From NCBI RefSeq assembly GCF_018336915.1, contig NZ_CP064923.1, positions 1,080,001 through 1,112,000 of the forward strand: DNA of 32,000 bases, read 5' to 3'. A program made the position numbers and the translations under genes. Below the pieces are notes generated by a model. The model was not told the DNA's origin, did no database searches, and saw only the letters and a program-made list of their open reading frames with translations. Source of the stretch: Acaryochloris marina S15 (GTDB taxonomy: Bacteria > Cyanobacteriota > Cyanobacteriia > Thermosynechococcales > Thermosynechococcaceae). Below, one piece after another: positions 8,176 to 18,635 of this stretch; position 1 is the stretch's first letter; each line of letters opens with the position of its first letter.

Positions 8176-9543
8176 CTATGCAAGTTTCTGCTTAGAGGCA
8201 ATGAAATAGAGGGGGAGGCCTAAAAGAATCGTTCCTAAGCCTGCCAAGGATTCCATCGGTTTTTGTTGAAGTAAAAATACCAGAACCCATACACTCATAG
8301 CGAGGAAAATTAAAGGAGTAATGGGATAGCCCCAGGTTTTGTAAGGGCGGGGTAAGTCTGGGAATCGGAAGCGAGACACAAACACACCTAACACGGTCAA
8401 AAAAGAAGACAGGATCAGCGTAAATTCCAAGTAGGCCAATACCGTTTCAAACTGCTTCATAATCACCAAGGCAATCACGATCGCTAGTTGGAGTAAGAGG
8501 GCATAGTAGGGAACGCCACTGCGGTTTTTCTTGGCCAAGATCTTGAAGAAAGGAATGTCTTCGCCAATAGATTGGGTCACCCTTGGACCGGCCCATACCA
8601 TTGAGCTAATGGACGAAACTAGCCCCAATGAGATAAACAGTGCCATCAGCTCAGCTCCTGGAAACCCCAAAATGGGATTGCCCTTAAAGATTTGATCGGC
8701 AGCGATATAGCCGACTTCTAGCTTCCCAGCCATCAAATCGATGGGAGTGGTATAGAGAAAAATAAAGTTGATCAGCAGATATAAAACCATAACGATAGCG
8801 GTCCCCAGCAAAAGAGAGCGAGGTAGATTCTTCTCTGGGGATTTGACTTCGCTAGCTAAGTAAACCGCTGAATTCCAGCCTGAGTAAGAATAGGTGACAT
8901 ATACCAAGGAAATGGCAAAGGGGGCACTCATAATTTGGGAGAAATCGGCATTGGTGGGAGCAAAGCTAATCTCTTGGCCAGTTCCTAAAGTAAAACCGGC
9001 CACGACCAGAAACAAAATCAGGAGGATTTTGAGCAGGGTAAAAATCTGCTGAAAAGAGCTACCTAGCTTGAGATTCTGGGAGTGAATCAAGGTCACGAGG
9101 AGAACAACAACCAAGCCAATAATGGTGGGATCTGCCGAAGGAAATACTTTGGCAAAATAGGTGCCTAGAGCAATAGCCATCAGGGCAATAGGCGCAGCAA
9201 ATCCAACAGTGACGGAGACCCAACCGGACAAGAAACCGATGACCGGATGGTAAATCTGGGAGAGGAAATGGTATTCACCGCCAGAGCGAGGCATGGATGC
9301 ACCCAGTTCCCCATAAGCAAGGGCACCACAAAGGGCATAGACGCCCCCTGCTAACCACAGAAACAGCAATGAAAATCCTGATTGAATACCTGCGACTTGA
9401 AATCCGAGACTGGTGAAAACCCCAATCCCAATCATGTTGGCAATCACCAAACAAGTCGCGGTAAACAGGGTGACCTGCCTGGACGTCTCTGGCGCCGCAA
9501 CAGGCGCACTGTCGATGGAGTGAGATGGATTGAATCCGGTCAT
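8176..9543 (-). CDS. APC-superfamily amino acid/polyamine permease
   Basis: 455-aa protein with about 12 hydrophobic helices. It carries typical APC N-terminal motifs (NMIGIGVFTSLG, MPRSGGEYHFL). Confidence 0.8.
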   Translation of the reverse strand: MTGFNPSHSIDSAPVAAPETSRQVTLFTATCLVIANMIGIGVFTSLGFQVAGIQSGFSLLFLWLAGGVYALCGALAYGELGASMPRSGGEYHFLSQIYHPVIGFLSGWVSVTVGFAAPIALMAIALGTYFAKVFPSADPTIIGLVVVLLVTLIHSQNLKLGSSFQQIFTLLKILLILFLVVAGFTLGTGQEISFAPTNADFSQIMSAPFAISLVYVTYSYSGWNSAVYLASEVKSPEKNLPRSLLLGTAIVMVLYLLINFIFLYTTPIDLMAGKLEVGYIAADQIFKGNPILGFPGAELMALFISLGLVSSISSMVWAGPRVTQSIGEDIPFFKILAKKNRSGVPYYALLLQLAIVIALVIMKQFETVLAYLEFTLILSSFLTVLGVFVSRFRFPDLPRPYKTWGYPITPLIFLAMSVWVLVFLLQQKPMESLAGLGTILLGLPLYFIASKQKLA

Positions 9544-9845
9544 AAGTATCAGAAGAACTTGTCAGTAGCTAGAAATCTTTTGCAAGCTAGCGAACGCCGC
9601 TTGCCCCGACCATTCACCGTTTGTCTAGTGTTAACGGCGATCCTAGTCAGAGTTCTGACAAAGCGTACCCATCTATATGAGCAAATCTGACAACCCCCAT
9701 ATGAGGGCTTTATAAGGGGTCATAATTCAAGTTTTTGACGCTCAAATCCTGTCACTCCCCATTCAGTTGCAGAGGGAAGGACGCTGATACAACAAGCAGA
9801 TGAATTGCTCTCAGGGATTAACTTCTGAGACAATGGATTCTGTGT

Positions 9846-10997
9846 TTAGATCTTGAAGAACCACTGTTGTCGATAAAGGACATAAGCCACGATCCACCAG
9901 AAACAGAGGGTGAGAAAAGCAAATAAGAAAGACCCAAAGTCCGGACTGGTCCAAGTCAAGAATAGATTTTGAAATAACCATGTAAAGGCATTGACGGCAT
10001 CATCACCGGACCCCAATTTGGTGAGGACTAAGACTTTAATCATCAACACTGAAGCAACAAACACCGCCAGGGAATTGAGACCTAACACCTCAAAAGGCTT
10101 ACTCCAAAGACGAATCCGTCGGACTTCGATCAGTTCATAGCAAACCGCTAGCAGAATAAGCGAAATTCCGACGGTGAATAGCACATAGGAGCTCGTCCAC
10201 AGCTTTTTGTTGATGGGGAACCAAAGACTCCATAACAATCCCAAGCCAGTACTGATCAAGCCATAGGAGGCGAGGGCCAGGCTTTGGCGACTAGTTTTAA
10301 TTTTGAGGCCACTGCCCCGTTTACGAATCCAGTCTCCAGCGAAATAGCCGAGTAGCACAGTTGCGATCGCAGGCAACGTACTGAACAATCCTTCTGGATC
10401 ACCCATGGAATTAAACTGATCTCCCACATATAAGTGGGACGTACCAATAATTAGGCGGTCAATATAGGCTCCAAAATTACCGGTGCGGGTCAGGTTACCT
10501 GCCCCAAATTCTGGCACCGGGATAAACGAGAGGGCAAGCCAATACCCCACCAACAATAGCCCTGTCAGTCCCCATTGGCTCTTTCGCGGCAGCTTTAAGA
10601 TCACGAATGCCGAGGCTAAATAGGTCAGACTAATCCGCTGCAAAATCCCCATCACCCGCAAAGTACTGAAGTTATAGGACCAAAATCCGTTGAGAAATAA
10701 CCCCAAACCGAACAGAATCGCACTGCGGCGCAGGATTTTGAGGTAGACAGCCCGTTTGGGTTGAGTCAAAGAAGCCGTGTGTCTGGCCATGGAAAAAGCC
10801 ATCGACGCACCCAAGACAAATAAGAAAAAAGGAAACACCAAATCTGCCAGGGTCCAACCATGCCAATCTGCATGGAGGAGTTGAGGATAAGCGTCTTTGA
10901 CTAAACCTGACTGATTGACCAAAAGCATGCCGGCAATGGCAATCCCTCGAAACACATCCAAGGAACTAAAGCGTGACGAGGAAGAAGAATAGGTCAT
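9846..10997 (-). CDS. HGSNAT-like integral-membrane acyltransferase (DUF1624/DUF5009 type)
   Basis: The N-terminus RFSSLDVFRGIAIAGMLLVNQSG is typical of the heparan-alpha-glucosaminide N-acetyltransferase-like family. The product is polytopic and 383 aa. Confidence 0.65.
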   Translation of the reverse strand: MTYSSSSSRFSSLDVFRGIAIAGMLLVNQSGLVKDAYPQLLHADWHGWTLADLVFPFFLFVLGASMAFSMARHTASLTQPKRAVYLKILRRSAILFGLGLFLNGFWSYNFSTLRVMGILQRISLTYLASAFVILKLPRKSQWGLTGLLLVGYWLALSFIPVPEFGAGNLTRTGNFGAYIDRLIIGTSHLYVGDQFNSMGDPEGLFSTLPAIATVLLGYFAGDWIRKRGSGLKIKTSRQSLALASYGLISTGLGLLWSLWFPINKKLWTSSYVLFTVGISLILLAVCYELIEVRRIRLWSKPFEVLGLNSLAVFVASVLMIKVLVLTKLGSGDDAVNAFTWLFQNLFLTWTSPDFGSFLFAFLTLCFWWIVAYVLYRQQWFFKI

Positions 10998-11416
10998 AGA
11001 TCGTCTAGTAGCATCAGCCTGTATGCCAAGTGGCCTAGCAGTAGGGTCAATATTTACACGTTGAGAGACATCCTACTGGTATTCGTTCCCGCTCTAAACA
11101 AAGAGAGTTACATTCTTTAAGGATTCCAGCTCCACATTCTAGAACTATTCTGCTGTGCTGTTCATTCTTAAGGAACAGTGAAGATCTTAGACCAGTGCTA
11201 GCGGCCCTAAATGTGACTCGCTAGGATGGATGCGAGGTTTTCCAATTTTTTATATCAAGAAAAAAATAGGGACGTCATTTACGAAGCGGTTTAGGGAAAC
11301 ATGGATTTGAGGGTGGAACGCCAGCCACATTGAACTTCCAGTCGTTACCGGTCGAGTTCTAACTGACGATTTACCTATGGTTTGGCTTTATCTAAGGGTT
11401 TGCGGTTAATTAAGTA

Positions 11417-12307
11417 ATGTTTGGGAAAAATTTAAGAGCCCGTGTCGTCAACCGGCAGTATGTATGGTTGGCGTCGGCTTGCCTATGCTTGGGGGTGAGT
11501 TCATTCGTCCTTCAAGCAACGTTGAATCAGGTTTCCATTGGTGGCATACCGGAAGATATCAATGCCTTGGAAGAAAATACGTTAATCGCTAATTCTGAGT
11601 CAGGATTTCATCTTGCCTTAAAAACGGTAGATGACCTGGATCGTAAACAACGTCGCCATTATCAGCCCCCAACTCAGTTTCAAGGACTGACAATTGATGA
11701 GGTCAAACTGCCCTCGGACCAAAAAGTGATCGCCCTCACCTTCGATGACGGCCCTTGGCCCAAAACAACGGCCAAAATGCTAGATATTCTGAAAGAGCAT
11801 CAGGTAGAAGCCACATTTTTTGTGGTTGGCAGCAATATCACCCGATTTCCGCACTTACTTAAGCGAGTCGCGAAGGAAGGCCATGCCATTGGCAACCATA
11901 GCTGGAGCCATGGATATCATTACCACTCCCCCGCTTTAGCCCAACAGGAAATTAAGCGGACGGCTGCAGAGATAGAAAAGCAAATCGGCTTTAAAACCAA
12001 ACTGTTTCGGCCACCCGGGGGGTATCTCCGCAACGGTCTAGTCGCCCATGCCCGTTCCCAAAAACATGTCACTTTGATGTGGACGGTGGACGATACCTAT
12101 AAAGGCACGGTTGATAAAGCCATCAACAACGTCCTCAATAATGCTTCACCTGGAGGGATTGTATTGATGCATGATGGTGGCGATAATCGCCAGCTGATGA
12201 TCCAAGCCCTGCCCCATATCATTACTCGTCTCAGACAGCAGGGGTATAAACTTGTGACCATCCCTCAATTGTTGGAATTGGCAAAAGCTGATCAGAACGC
12301 AGGATAG
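11417..12307 (+). CDS. polysaccharide deacetylase (NodB homology domain) with N-terminal membrane anchor
   Basis: All NodB motifs are intact: LTFDDGP, HSWSH, FRPPGG and IVLMHDG. N-terminal hydrophobic segment YVWLASACLCLGVSSFVL. Confidence 0.85.
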   Translation: MFGKNLRARVVNRQYVWLASACLCLGVSSFVLQATLNQVSIGGIPEDINALEENTLIANSESGFHLALKTVDDLDRKQRRHYQPPTQFQGLTIDEVKLPSDQKVIALTFDDGPWPKTTAKMLDILKEHQVEATFFVVGSNITRFPHLLKRVAKEGHAIGNHSWSHGYHYHSPALAQQEIKRTAAEIEKQIGFKTKLFRPPGGYLRNGLVAHARSQKHVTLMWTVDDTYKGTVDKAINNVLNNASPGGIVLMHDGGDNRQLMIQALPHIITRLRQQGYKLVTIPQLLELAKADQNAG

Positions 12308-12351
12308 ACCCTTCGTCAAAACGGCATATCGCCTCCTTTATCGCCATAATC

Positions 12352-14715
12352 TTGCGGGTTAAGAAATCGTCGGTTGATATACTACCCTCACGTACAGTAG
12401 TTCATACCCTCTTGGCAACAGATTTAGAACAGCGAATCGCAGAATTACGAGCATCTTTGAGGCCGGGTCAGCAAGAATTAGCAGATTGGCAAGCAGGGCC
12501 CCTTGCCATTTCTGCTGTGCCGGGAGCCGGCAAATCCTATGGCATGGCTGTGGCTGCAGCCATTACCCTGGCACGTCAAAACCTTAATCGAGCGCAACAG
12601 CTCGTGATTGTCACCTTCACCCGCTCAGCAGCGGCACACCTCAAACAACAGGTCCGTAAACATCTACGCGCATTGCAGCTGCCCCTAGGTGGATTTACTG
12701 TGCAAACCTTGCATGGTTTAGCCCTCAATATTGCTTCACGTCATCCCCAACTGTCAGGCATTCATTTAGAACAAGTCACCCTGATTACCCCTAACCGCCA
12801 CCATCGCTTGTTGAGACAATGCGTTGAACAATGGGTGGCGGATTATCCCCAGATATACCAAGAGTTGCTGGTTCGAGGGGCCTTCGATGGAGAAGAAACG
12901 GAGCGGTTACGTCGGCAATCGGTATTGCGATCCGATTGTTTGCCGGAGCTGGCTGCGATCGCAATTCGCGAAGCCAAAAGTTCTGGACTTAGCCCCCAAC
13001 AGCTCTACGCCTTAGCAGAACAGGTACAAGATGAGGTATCGGTACTTGCGATCGCAGCCGGTCTCTACGAGCGATACCAACGACTGCTCCAATCTCATCA
13101 GCTGATTGATTATGACGACATGATCCTGGCCGCTCTGCAGGTACTCGATAATCCGAGCGCTCGCCAAGTCTGGCAAAAACAAGTCTTTGCTGTCTTCGAG
13201 GACGAAGCCCAGGATTCAACCCCATTACAGTTCCGTTTACTGGACGGATTAGCCAGCCAAGAGGCCTCCAAAGCAGCCCCTAATTTAGTCCGCGTTGGCG
13301 ATCCTAACCAAGCCATCAACTCCACTTTTACCCCAGCTGACCCGATTTTCTTTCGCGATTTTTGTCGGCAAAGTCAGGTACAAAATCGATTAGCAACGAT
13401 GACTCAAGCCGGACGCAGTTCTGCCATTATTATTGAAGCCGCAAACTTTATGCTGGACTGGATTAATCAGTCTCAGCTAGCAGGACAAGAGCAGCCTTTT
13501 CAACCCCAAGCCATTCAAACAGTTGCCAACCACGATCCTCAAGCGAACGCCAATCCAGCTCACGAAGGACGAGGACTAGAGATATACACACCTGAAGATG
13601 TTTACCAAACCGCTGATCTAATCGGTCAGCGAGTCTGCCAACTCCTGAACGATTATCCAGACGCCAATGCAGCCATCCTCGTCAGAGAGAACAAACAAGG
13701 GAGCTTTCTAGCCGAGCGTCTCAACCACCCGGATCAAACAGTAACTCCAGCCGCTCATGGTATTGACATCCTCGATGTTGGAGGCGGTAGCCGGCAGACT
13801 CAAGTCCCCTTTGAGATGCTGACCATTTTGCAGTTTTTGGCCCGTCCCCATTCTCCCAACACCCTCAAAGCAGCCCTGCAAATTTTTGTTGATCGGCAGC
13901 TGATACCGGCCCAAGAAGTCCATCTTTTAGCCAGTCAGCCCGAGACCTTTCTCTATCCAGGCCCCCTTGATCCACCCCGGTCGGAGAAGGTACAGGAAGC
14001 CCGTAGTTTTTGCTGTAAGTTATTGCGATCGCGGTGGGAATTGCCCCATTATCGACTGATTTCTTTTCTAGCCCTATCCCTGAAATATAATCCTGCCGAG
14101 CTAGCCACTGCCGATAAATTAGCAGCACGGCTAGCTCAGCAAACGCCAGGGGCACCCTCAATGACAACAACCTTGCCCATTTTGCAAGAACTGATCAGTT
14201 CCGAGCGATTCGATCCCGTGGATGTTGAGGATATTGAATCCCAATATCTGCGGCCACACCAACTCACAATCATTACCATGCACAAAGCCAAGGGGCTGGA
14301 TTGGGATTTTGTGTTTCTGCCGTTTCTACATGCCCGCATTATTCCAGGAGAATTGAGAATTCCTGCCGCGAGCCAATTCCTTGGACCCTTTAGTTTGGCA
14401 GAAGTAGCCCGGGCTCAAATCCGAGCTCACGTCCACCAGCAGTTTCCGCTACCGAATATGGAAAAGGCTTGGCAACGAGCCAGTGATCTTAAAAGTGCAG
14501 AGGAATTTCGTCTACTTTATGTCGCCATGACCCGGGCCAAGCGATTGTTGTGGATGTCTGCGGCCAAACAAGCCCCCTACAATTGGAACTGGTTTGACTG
14601 GCAGCGCCAAACCAAATTGGATAAGCAGCCTCCTTGCCCTGTCCTGAAACCTTTACAAGCCCAGTTCTTACACGGTCAAAATACCAGCTCCTCTCCGATG
14701 CCGTCTAGGTTTTGA
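12352..14715 (+). CDS. UvrD/Rep/PcrA-family (SF1) ATP-dependent DNA helicase
   Basis: Walker A AVPGAGKS, motif Ia VTFTRSAA, motif II FEDEAQDS, motif III VGDPNQAI and motif VI YVAMTRAKRLL. No ATG lies upstream of Walker A, so the start is a TTG (12352 or 12412) and is uncertain. Confidence 0.85.
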   Translation: MRVKKSSVDILPSRTVVHTLLATDLEQRIAELRASLRPGQQELADWQAGPLAISAVPGAGKSYGMAVAAAITLARQNLNRAQQLVIVTFTRSAAAHLKQQVRKHLRALQLPLGGFTVQTLHGLALNIASRHPQLSGIHLEQVTLITPNRHHRLLRQCVEQWVADYPQIYQELLVRGAFDGEETERLRRQSVLRSDCLPELAAIAIREAKSSGLSPQQLYALAEQVQDEVSVLAIAAGLYERYQRLLQSHQLIDYDDMILAALQVLDNPSARQVWQKQVFAVFEDEAQDSTPLQFRLLDGLASQEASKAAPNLVRVGDPNQAINSTFTPADPIFFRDFCRQSQVQNRLATMTQAGRSSAIIIEAANFMLDWINQSQLAGQEQPFQPQAIQTVANHDPQANANPAHEGRGLEIYTPEDVYQTADLIGQRVCQLLNDYPDANAAILVRENKQGSFLAERLNHPDQTVTPAAHGIDILDVGGGSRQTQVPFEMLTILQFLARPHSPNTLKAALQIFVDRQLIPAQEVHLLASQPETFLYPGPLDPPRSEKVQEARSFCCKLLRSRWELPHYRLISFLALSLKYNPAELATADKLAARLAQQTPGAPSMTTTLPILQELISSERFDPVDVEDIESQYLRPHQLTIITMHKAKGLDWDFVFLPFLHARIIPGELRIPAASQFLGPFSLAEVARAQIRAHVHQQFPLPNMEKAWQRASDLKSAEEFRLLYVAMTRAKRLLWMSAAKQAPYNWNWFDWQRQTKLDKQPPCPVLKPLQAQFLHGQNTSSSPMPSRF

Positions 14716-14881
14716 ACTCAACTTATTCTTGCCAACTTTATCTATAGAGGGGCATAAATGCTGTTGCTGATTCTACAGGCATTGGAAATGAAGATAGGCT
14801 TCTCAGTGTATTGCAAAGTAGTACGCTGAAGTATTATGACTACACTATCACCCTTCAATATCTGTCAGTAGGTTCATCTTT

Positions 14882-15565
14882 ATGGCAATGCAGCTAGATT
14901 CTGTGGTTCCCTTTGGGCGATCTTGGGATGAATACATCAAAATGTTTAATCTCACGGTGATTGATTTAAACTGTTCAATTCTGGGAGCTGGAGATGGTCC
15001 TGCGAGTTTTAATGCTGAATCCACTCTTCTGGGAAGCCAAATTACGTCTGTTGATCCCATTTATGAATTGAGTGGTGCAGACATTCAGCAAAAGTTTGAA
15101 ACCGTCCTAGATGACATCATTGATCAGGTCAAGGCAACGCCTCAAGATTGGGTGTGGTCCTATCATTCGTCTCCCGAAGACCTTCGTTACAATCGCATTC
15201 AAGCCATGCAACTCTTCCTGAAAGATTATGAGTCAGGCAAACAACAAGGTCGATATCAGACCGCAGCATTACCCACCCTGCCATTTCCCGATCAAACCTT
15301 TGAACTAGCACTGTGCTCCCATTTTCTCTTCTTGTACTCCAAGCAATATGATGTCGCTTTTCATCTAGCTTCAATTCGAGAGCTGTTGAGAATCAGCACT
15401 GAAGTGCGCATTTTCCCTTTGCTAACTCTAATGCTGGAACCCTCTCCGTACATCCAACCTGTTATTCAAGCTTGTCAGGATTGGGGATATGTCGCTTCTA
15501 TTGAAACGGTTGGTTATGAACTACAGAAAGGAGGTAACCAAATGTTAGTTATCCGTTCCCAATAG
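14882..15565 (+). CDS. class I SAM-dependent methyltransferase (small-molecule/protein type)
   Basis: Motif I-like ILGAGDGPASFN and motif post-II FELALCSHFLFLY in a 227-aa product. No DNA-methyltransferase motifs (DPPY/NPPY, PCQ/ENV) are present. Confidence 0.65.
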   Translation: MAMQLDSVVPFGRSWDEYIKMFNLTVIDLNCSILGAGDGPASFNAESTLLGSQITSVDPIYELSGADIQQKFETVLDDIIDQVKATPQDWVWSYHSSPEDLRYNRIQAMQLFLKDYESGKQQGRYQTAALPTLPFPDQTFELALCSHFLFLYSKQYDVAFHLASIRELLRISTEVRIFPLLTLMLEPSPYIQPVIQACQDWGYVASIETVGYELQKGGNQMLVIRSQ

Positions 15566-15750
15566 CTTTCTCGGATTCAAAATAGTACTGCCAAATCACT
15601 GTTTTCAAGCAGCCCTGAACCATACTCTGCCAACAGCTAACGGTACGCAGACAAAATTCCAAACGATTGAAATCCCAGCCAAGCCAACAGAATTTTGCAT
15701 AATTAAGAGAGCTTCCGGTCACAAAGCCAGAGATTGGTTCTGCCCGGTTG

Positions 15751-16824
15751 ATGTCTTATCTCTTTTTCATGCGAGTGACTTCTACTTCCCCCAATCCTGA
15801 TGAGGCCATCAAAACCCGCAAGGCCGACCATCTCCGGATCTGTTTAGATGACAAGGTCCAGTGCAAATCGATCACCACTGGTTTTGAACGGTATCGCTTT
15901 CAGCACTGTTGTTTACCAGAGTTAGCACTGGAAGATATTCAGTTATCCACGACATTTTTAAGTAAGTCTCTGGGAGCACCGCTGCTCATCTCGTCCATGA
16001 CCGGGGGGACTGATCTAGCCAAAACTATTAATCAGCGCTTAGCCATCGTTGCTCAGGAATTCAAGATTGCCATGGGTGTCGGTTCACAGCGGGTTGCAGT
16101 CGAACATCCACAAGTTGCAGACACATTTGCCGTTCGATCCTATGCACCAGACATTCCTCTATTTGCCAACCTAGGGGCAGTCCAACTGAACTATGGCTAC
16201 AACCTAGATGCCTGCCGTCGCAGCATTGATCTATTAGAAGCCGATGCCCTGATCCTGCACCTCAACCCCTTACAAGAATGCATCCAAAGTCGAGGCGATA
16301 CCAACTTTCGCGACCTCTTCACCCAAATTGGTGAACTCTGCAAACAACTCCCCGTTCCTGTCATCGTCAAAGAAGTCGGCAATGGTATTTCCGCACCGTT
16401 GGCCATGCAGTTAATAGAAGTCGGTGTAGCCGCTATTGATGTAGCCGGTGCTGGCGGGACTTCTTGGGCCAAAGTCGAGGGTGAACGAGCGGAAGATAAC
16501 CGTCAGCGCCGACTCGGCCAAACCTTCTCAGATTGGGGTTTACCCACCGCAGAATGTGTTACATCCATTCATCAAGCCAATTCTAAGATCCCACTGATTG
16601 CCTCTGGCGGACTACGTAATGGCCTAGATGCCGCCAAAGCACTAGCTTTAGGAGCTGATATAGCAGGAATGGCTTACCCTTTCTTGCAAGCTGCCCATGA
16701 ATCAGAAGCGGCGTTACACACTCTCATGGAAATGCTCATCGCTGAACTAGAAACAGTACTCTTTTGTACCGGGAATGAAACGATCGCAGACTTACAAGCC
16801 TCTCAATGCCTGATTCCAACCTAA
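15751..16824 (+). CDS. fni: type 2 isopentenyl-diphosphate delta-isomerase (FMN-dependent IDI-2)
   Basis: [34 protein letters not shown] and [12 protein letters not shown] are characteristic of IDI-2. The start is ambiguous among TTG 15748, ATG 15751 and ATG 15769. Confidence 0.9.
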   Translation: MSYLFFMRVTSTSPNPDEAIKTRKADHLRICLDDKVQCKSITTGFERYRFQHCCLPELALEDIQLSTTFLSKSLGAPLLISSMTGGTDLAKTINQRLAIVAQEFKIAMGVGSQRVAVEHPQVADTFAVRSYAPDIPLFANLGAVQLNYGYNLDACRRSIDLLEADALILHLNPLQECIQSRGDTNFRDLFTQIGELCKQLPVPVIVKEVGNGISAPLAMQLIEVGVAAIDVAGAGGTSWAKVEGERAEDNRQRRLGQTFSDWGLPTAECVTSIHQANSKIPLIASGGLRNGLDAAKALALGADIAGMAYPFLQAAHESEAALHTLMEMLIAELETVLFCTGNETIADLQASQCLIPT

Positions 16825-16866
16825 TCGACCATAACCAACAGACGATTTCTCCCATTAGATGTATGT

Positions 16867-18597
16867 TTAGATCCCAAACAAGGTCTGAATACGGCGACGA
16901 ATCCAGATAAAGGGATCATCCTCTATCATGTCTGACGGACTAATCTGCGCCAAGCCTAATTCCTCTAGCACTTGCTGTCTCTGAGAAAGAGACTTCGCAA
17001 TCTCTTCAGCTAAGGCTTTGTAATTCTGTAGGAGTTTTTGTAACGCCTGCCGATCCACCACAAACAATGTAGTCGCTTCAAGGACCCGCATAGTTGCCGT
17101 TCGTGGCGCTCCGGTCAACAAAGAAATCTCACCAAAAAAGTCGCCAACTCCTAAGGTGGCAATTTGGCGGTTGAGTTTTTGAGAAAAGACTTCAACTTGG
17201 CCTGACAAGATAACGTAGAAAGATTCTCCTGATTCATTTTCCCGAAAAATAATTTGATCAGGCCCATAGAACTGTCGATACCCTTGTTCAATTAACACTC
17301 TCAATTGGGCATTCGTACAGTTTTCAAAATAGCTGACCTTGCGGAGTAAGACGCGTAATGTGCTGTTCTTAGTGACTTTAATCCCCGTTTTTGGTTTGAG
17401 CCCCTCCCCGCTAGCAGCAACCGTTGGCAGCGGAGCAGCAGACTCCAGATTAGGTTGTAATGCCTGAACCAACACTTCAGGGTTCTTCAACCACAGCTCT
17501 CTTTGGGGGAAAGGGATTTGGATGTTCTTCCGATTCAACTCTTGTTCAATCAAAAAATTTAGAGAACTCTTGATGGGTTCAAAATCACAGGGCTGGTTAA
17601 TCCACGCTAATAATTCAAACTTATATGCATCATCTCCAAAAGATTTGAACCATACCTGCGGGGGAGGGTACTTTAAGACCCGTGACTCTGACCGTGCCGC
17701 AATCAATAAAGCTTCCGTAACTAAAACGGTATCGGTACCATAGGCAACACTCACAGGAATATGTAAGCGACTTTCGGGAGTTTGGTAGGTCCAGTTGATG
17801 ACGTTCTTCGCGAAAAACCGTTGATTTGGAACCACAACAAACAGCCGATCTTGAGTCCGAACAATCGTCGAGCGAATAGAAATCCGTTCAATCGTTCCTA
17901 ACAAACCATCCACTTCTACAAAATCTCCAACCCGTATTTGCTGCTCCAGTAATAGGGTCAAACCACTCACGAAGTTACTGGCCAACTCCTGCAAGCCAAA
18001 ACCTAAACCTAGACCCAAAACACCAGCAATAACAGCTAATGAACTCAAATCTATTCCTACAGATTGGAGAAGAATGATAAAACCAATCAACCCAAAGGTA
18101 TAGCTGATGATGGTAGAAATTGCTGCTTGTGCTCCCCGCTCCATGCGAGTCTGGGGAAGAATGCTCTTCTTAAGCCACTGACCACATAACCTAGCTCCAA
18201 CAAAGACCAAAACGGTTATGGAGACAAAGATTATGAGGGTCAACAAAGAAATTGGATTTTTTCGGTCACCTACATCAGTAAAAGGGGTGTTCAACGCTCC
18301 CCAGAACTTATCAGGAAAAGCTGCCAGACCACTCACAAACAACTGCCTGATTGTTTGGAGGGCAGGGATGAGGGTCAAGATATTATAGAAGGCGACTAAC
18401 CAAATCCCGAGTCTTAAGCTAAACAGCAAACACCGTTGCAAAAGAGGGTAAATCGATCGACCTTTCTTGGGGGAAATTCTCAAACGCCCCTGCATCCAGC
18501 GGCCTATCAACCAATCTGAGATCGCAGCTCCTCCCAAGATCCCCACAACAATGAATAGGTTCTTGAGGAAATGAACATCGACAATAAATAGAGTCAT
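16867..18597 (-). CDS. MscS-family mechanosensitive channel with C-terminal cyclic-nucleotide-binding domain (bCNG type)
   Basis: MscS pore helix and beta-domain (GVLGLGLGFGLQELASNFVSGLTLLLEQQIRVGDFVEVDG). C-terminal cNMP phosphate-binding cassette FFGEISLLTGAPRTATMRV. I prefer the ATG at 18597, because the longer TTG-started ORF (18654) would run through the upstream terminator hairpin. Confidence 0.85.
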   Translation of the reverse strand: MTLFIVDVHFLKNLFIVVGILGGAAISDWLIGRWMQGRLRISPKKGRSIYPLLQRCLLFSLRLGIWLVAFYNILTLIPALQTIRQLFVSGLAAFPDKFWGALNTPFTDVGDRKNPISLLTLIIFVSITVLVFVGARLCGQWLKKSILPQTRMERGAQAAISTIISYTFGLIGFIILLQSVGIDLSSLAVIAGVLGLGLGFGLQELASNFVSGLTLLLEQQIRVGDFVEVDGLLGTIERISIRSTIVRTQDRLFVVVPNQRFFAKNVINWTYQTPESRLHIPVSVAYGTDTVLVTEALLIAARSESRVLKYPPPQVWFKSFGDDAYKFELLAWINQPCDFEPIKSSLNFLIEQELNRKNIQIPFPQRELWLKNPEVLVQALQPNLESAAPLPTVAASGEGLKPKTGIKVTKNSTLRVLLRKVSYFENCTNAQLRVLIEQGYRQFYGPDQIIFRENESGESFYVILSGQVEVFSQKLNRQIATLGVGDFFGEISLLTGAPRTATMRVLEATTLFVVDRQALQKLLQNYKALAEEIAKSLSQRQQVLEELGLAQISPSDMIEDDPFIWIRRRIQTLFGI

Positions 18598-18635
18598 TTG
18601 CCTCAATAATTTAGACCGCACAAAATTATAGACAG

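Noticed and set aside
8163-8201. Apparent 26-nt overlap of the 416-aa ORF with the permease 3' end
   Set aside because: The overlap is resolved by using the internal ATG at 8162, which starts directly at a canonical signal peptide and lipobox. The extra 13 N-terminal codons are probably not translated.
9382-9690. 102-aa plus-strand ORF crossing the permease start
   Set aside because: It is antisense to the permease N-terminus and then runs into the intergenic region. Its composition is Arg-rich, and nothing supports it.
12352-15565. UvrD-like helicase followed by a methyltransferase, considered as a possible defence or restriction-like module
   Set aside because: The helicase has only the standard SF1 motifs and no fused nuclease. 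There is no OLD/ATPase/nuclease partner gene. The methyltransferase lacks DNA-MTase motifs (no DPPY/NPPY, no PCQ/ENV) and is separated from the helicase by 166 nt. The flanks are housekeeping genes (NodB deacetylase, fni).
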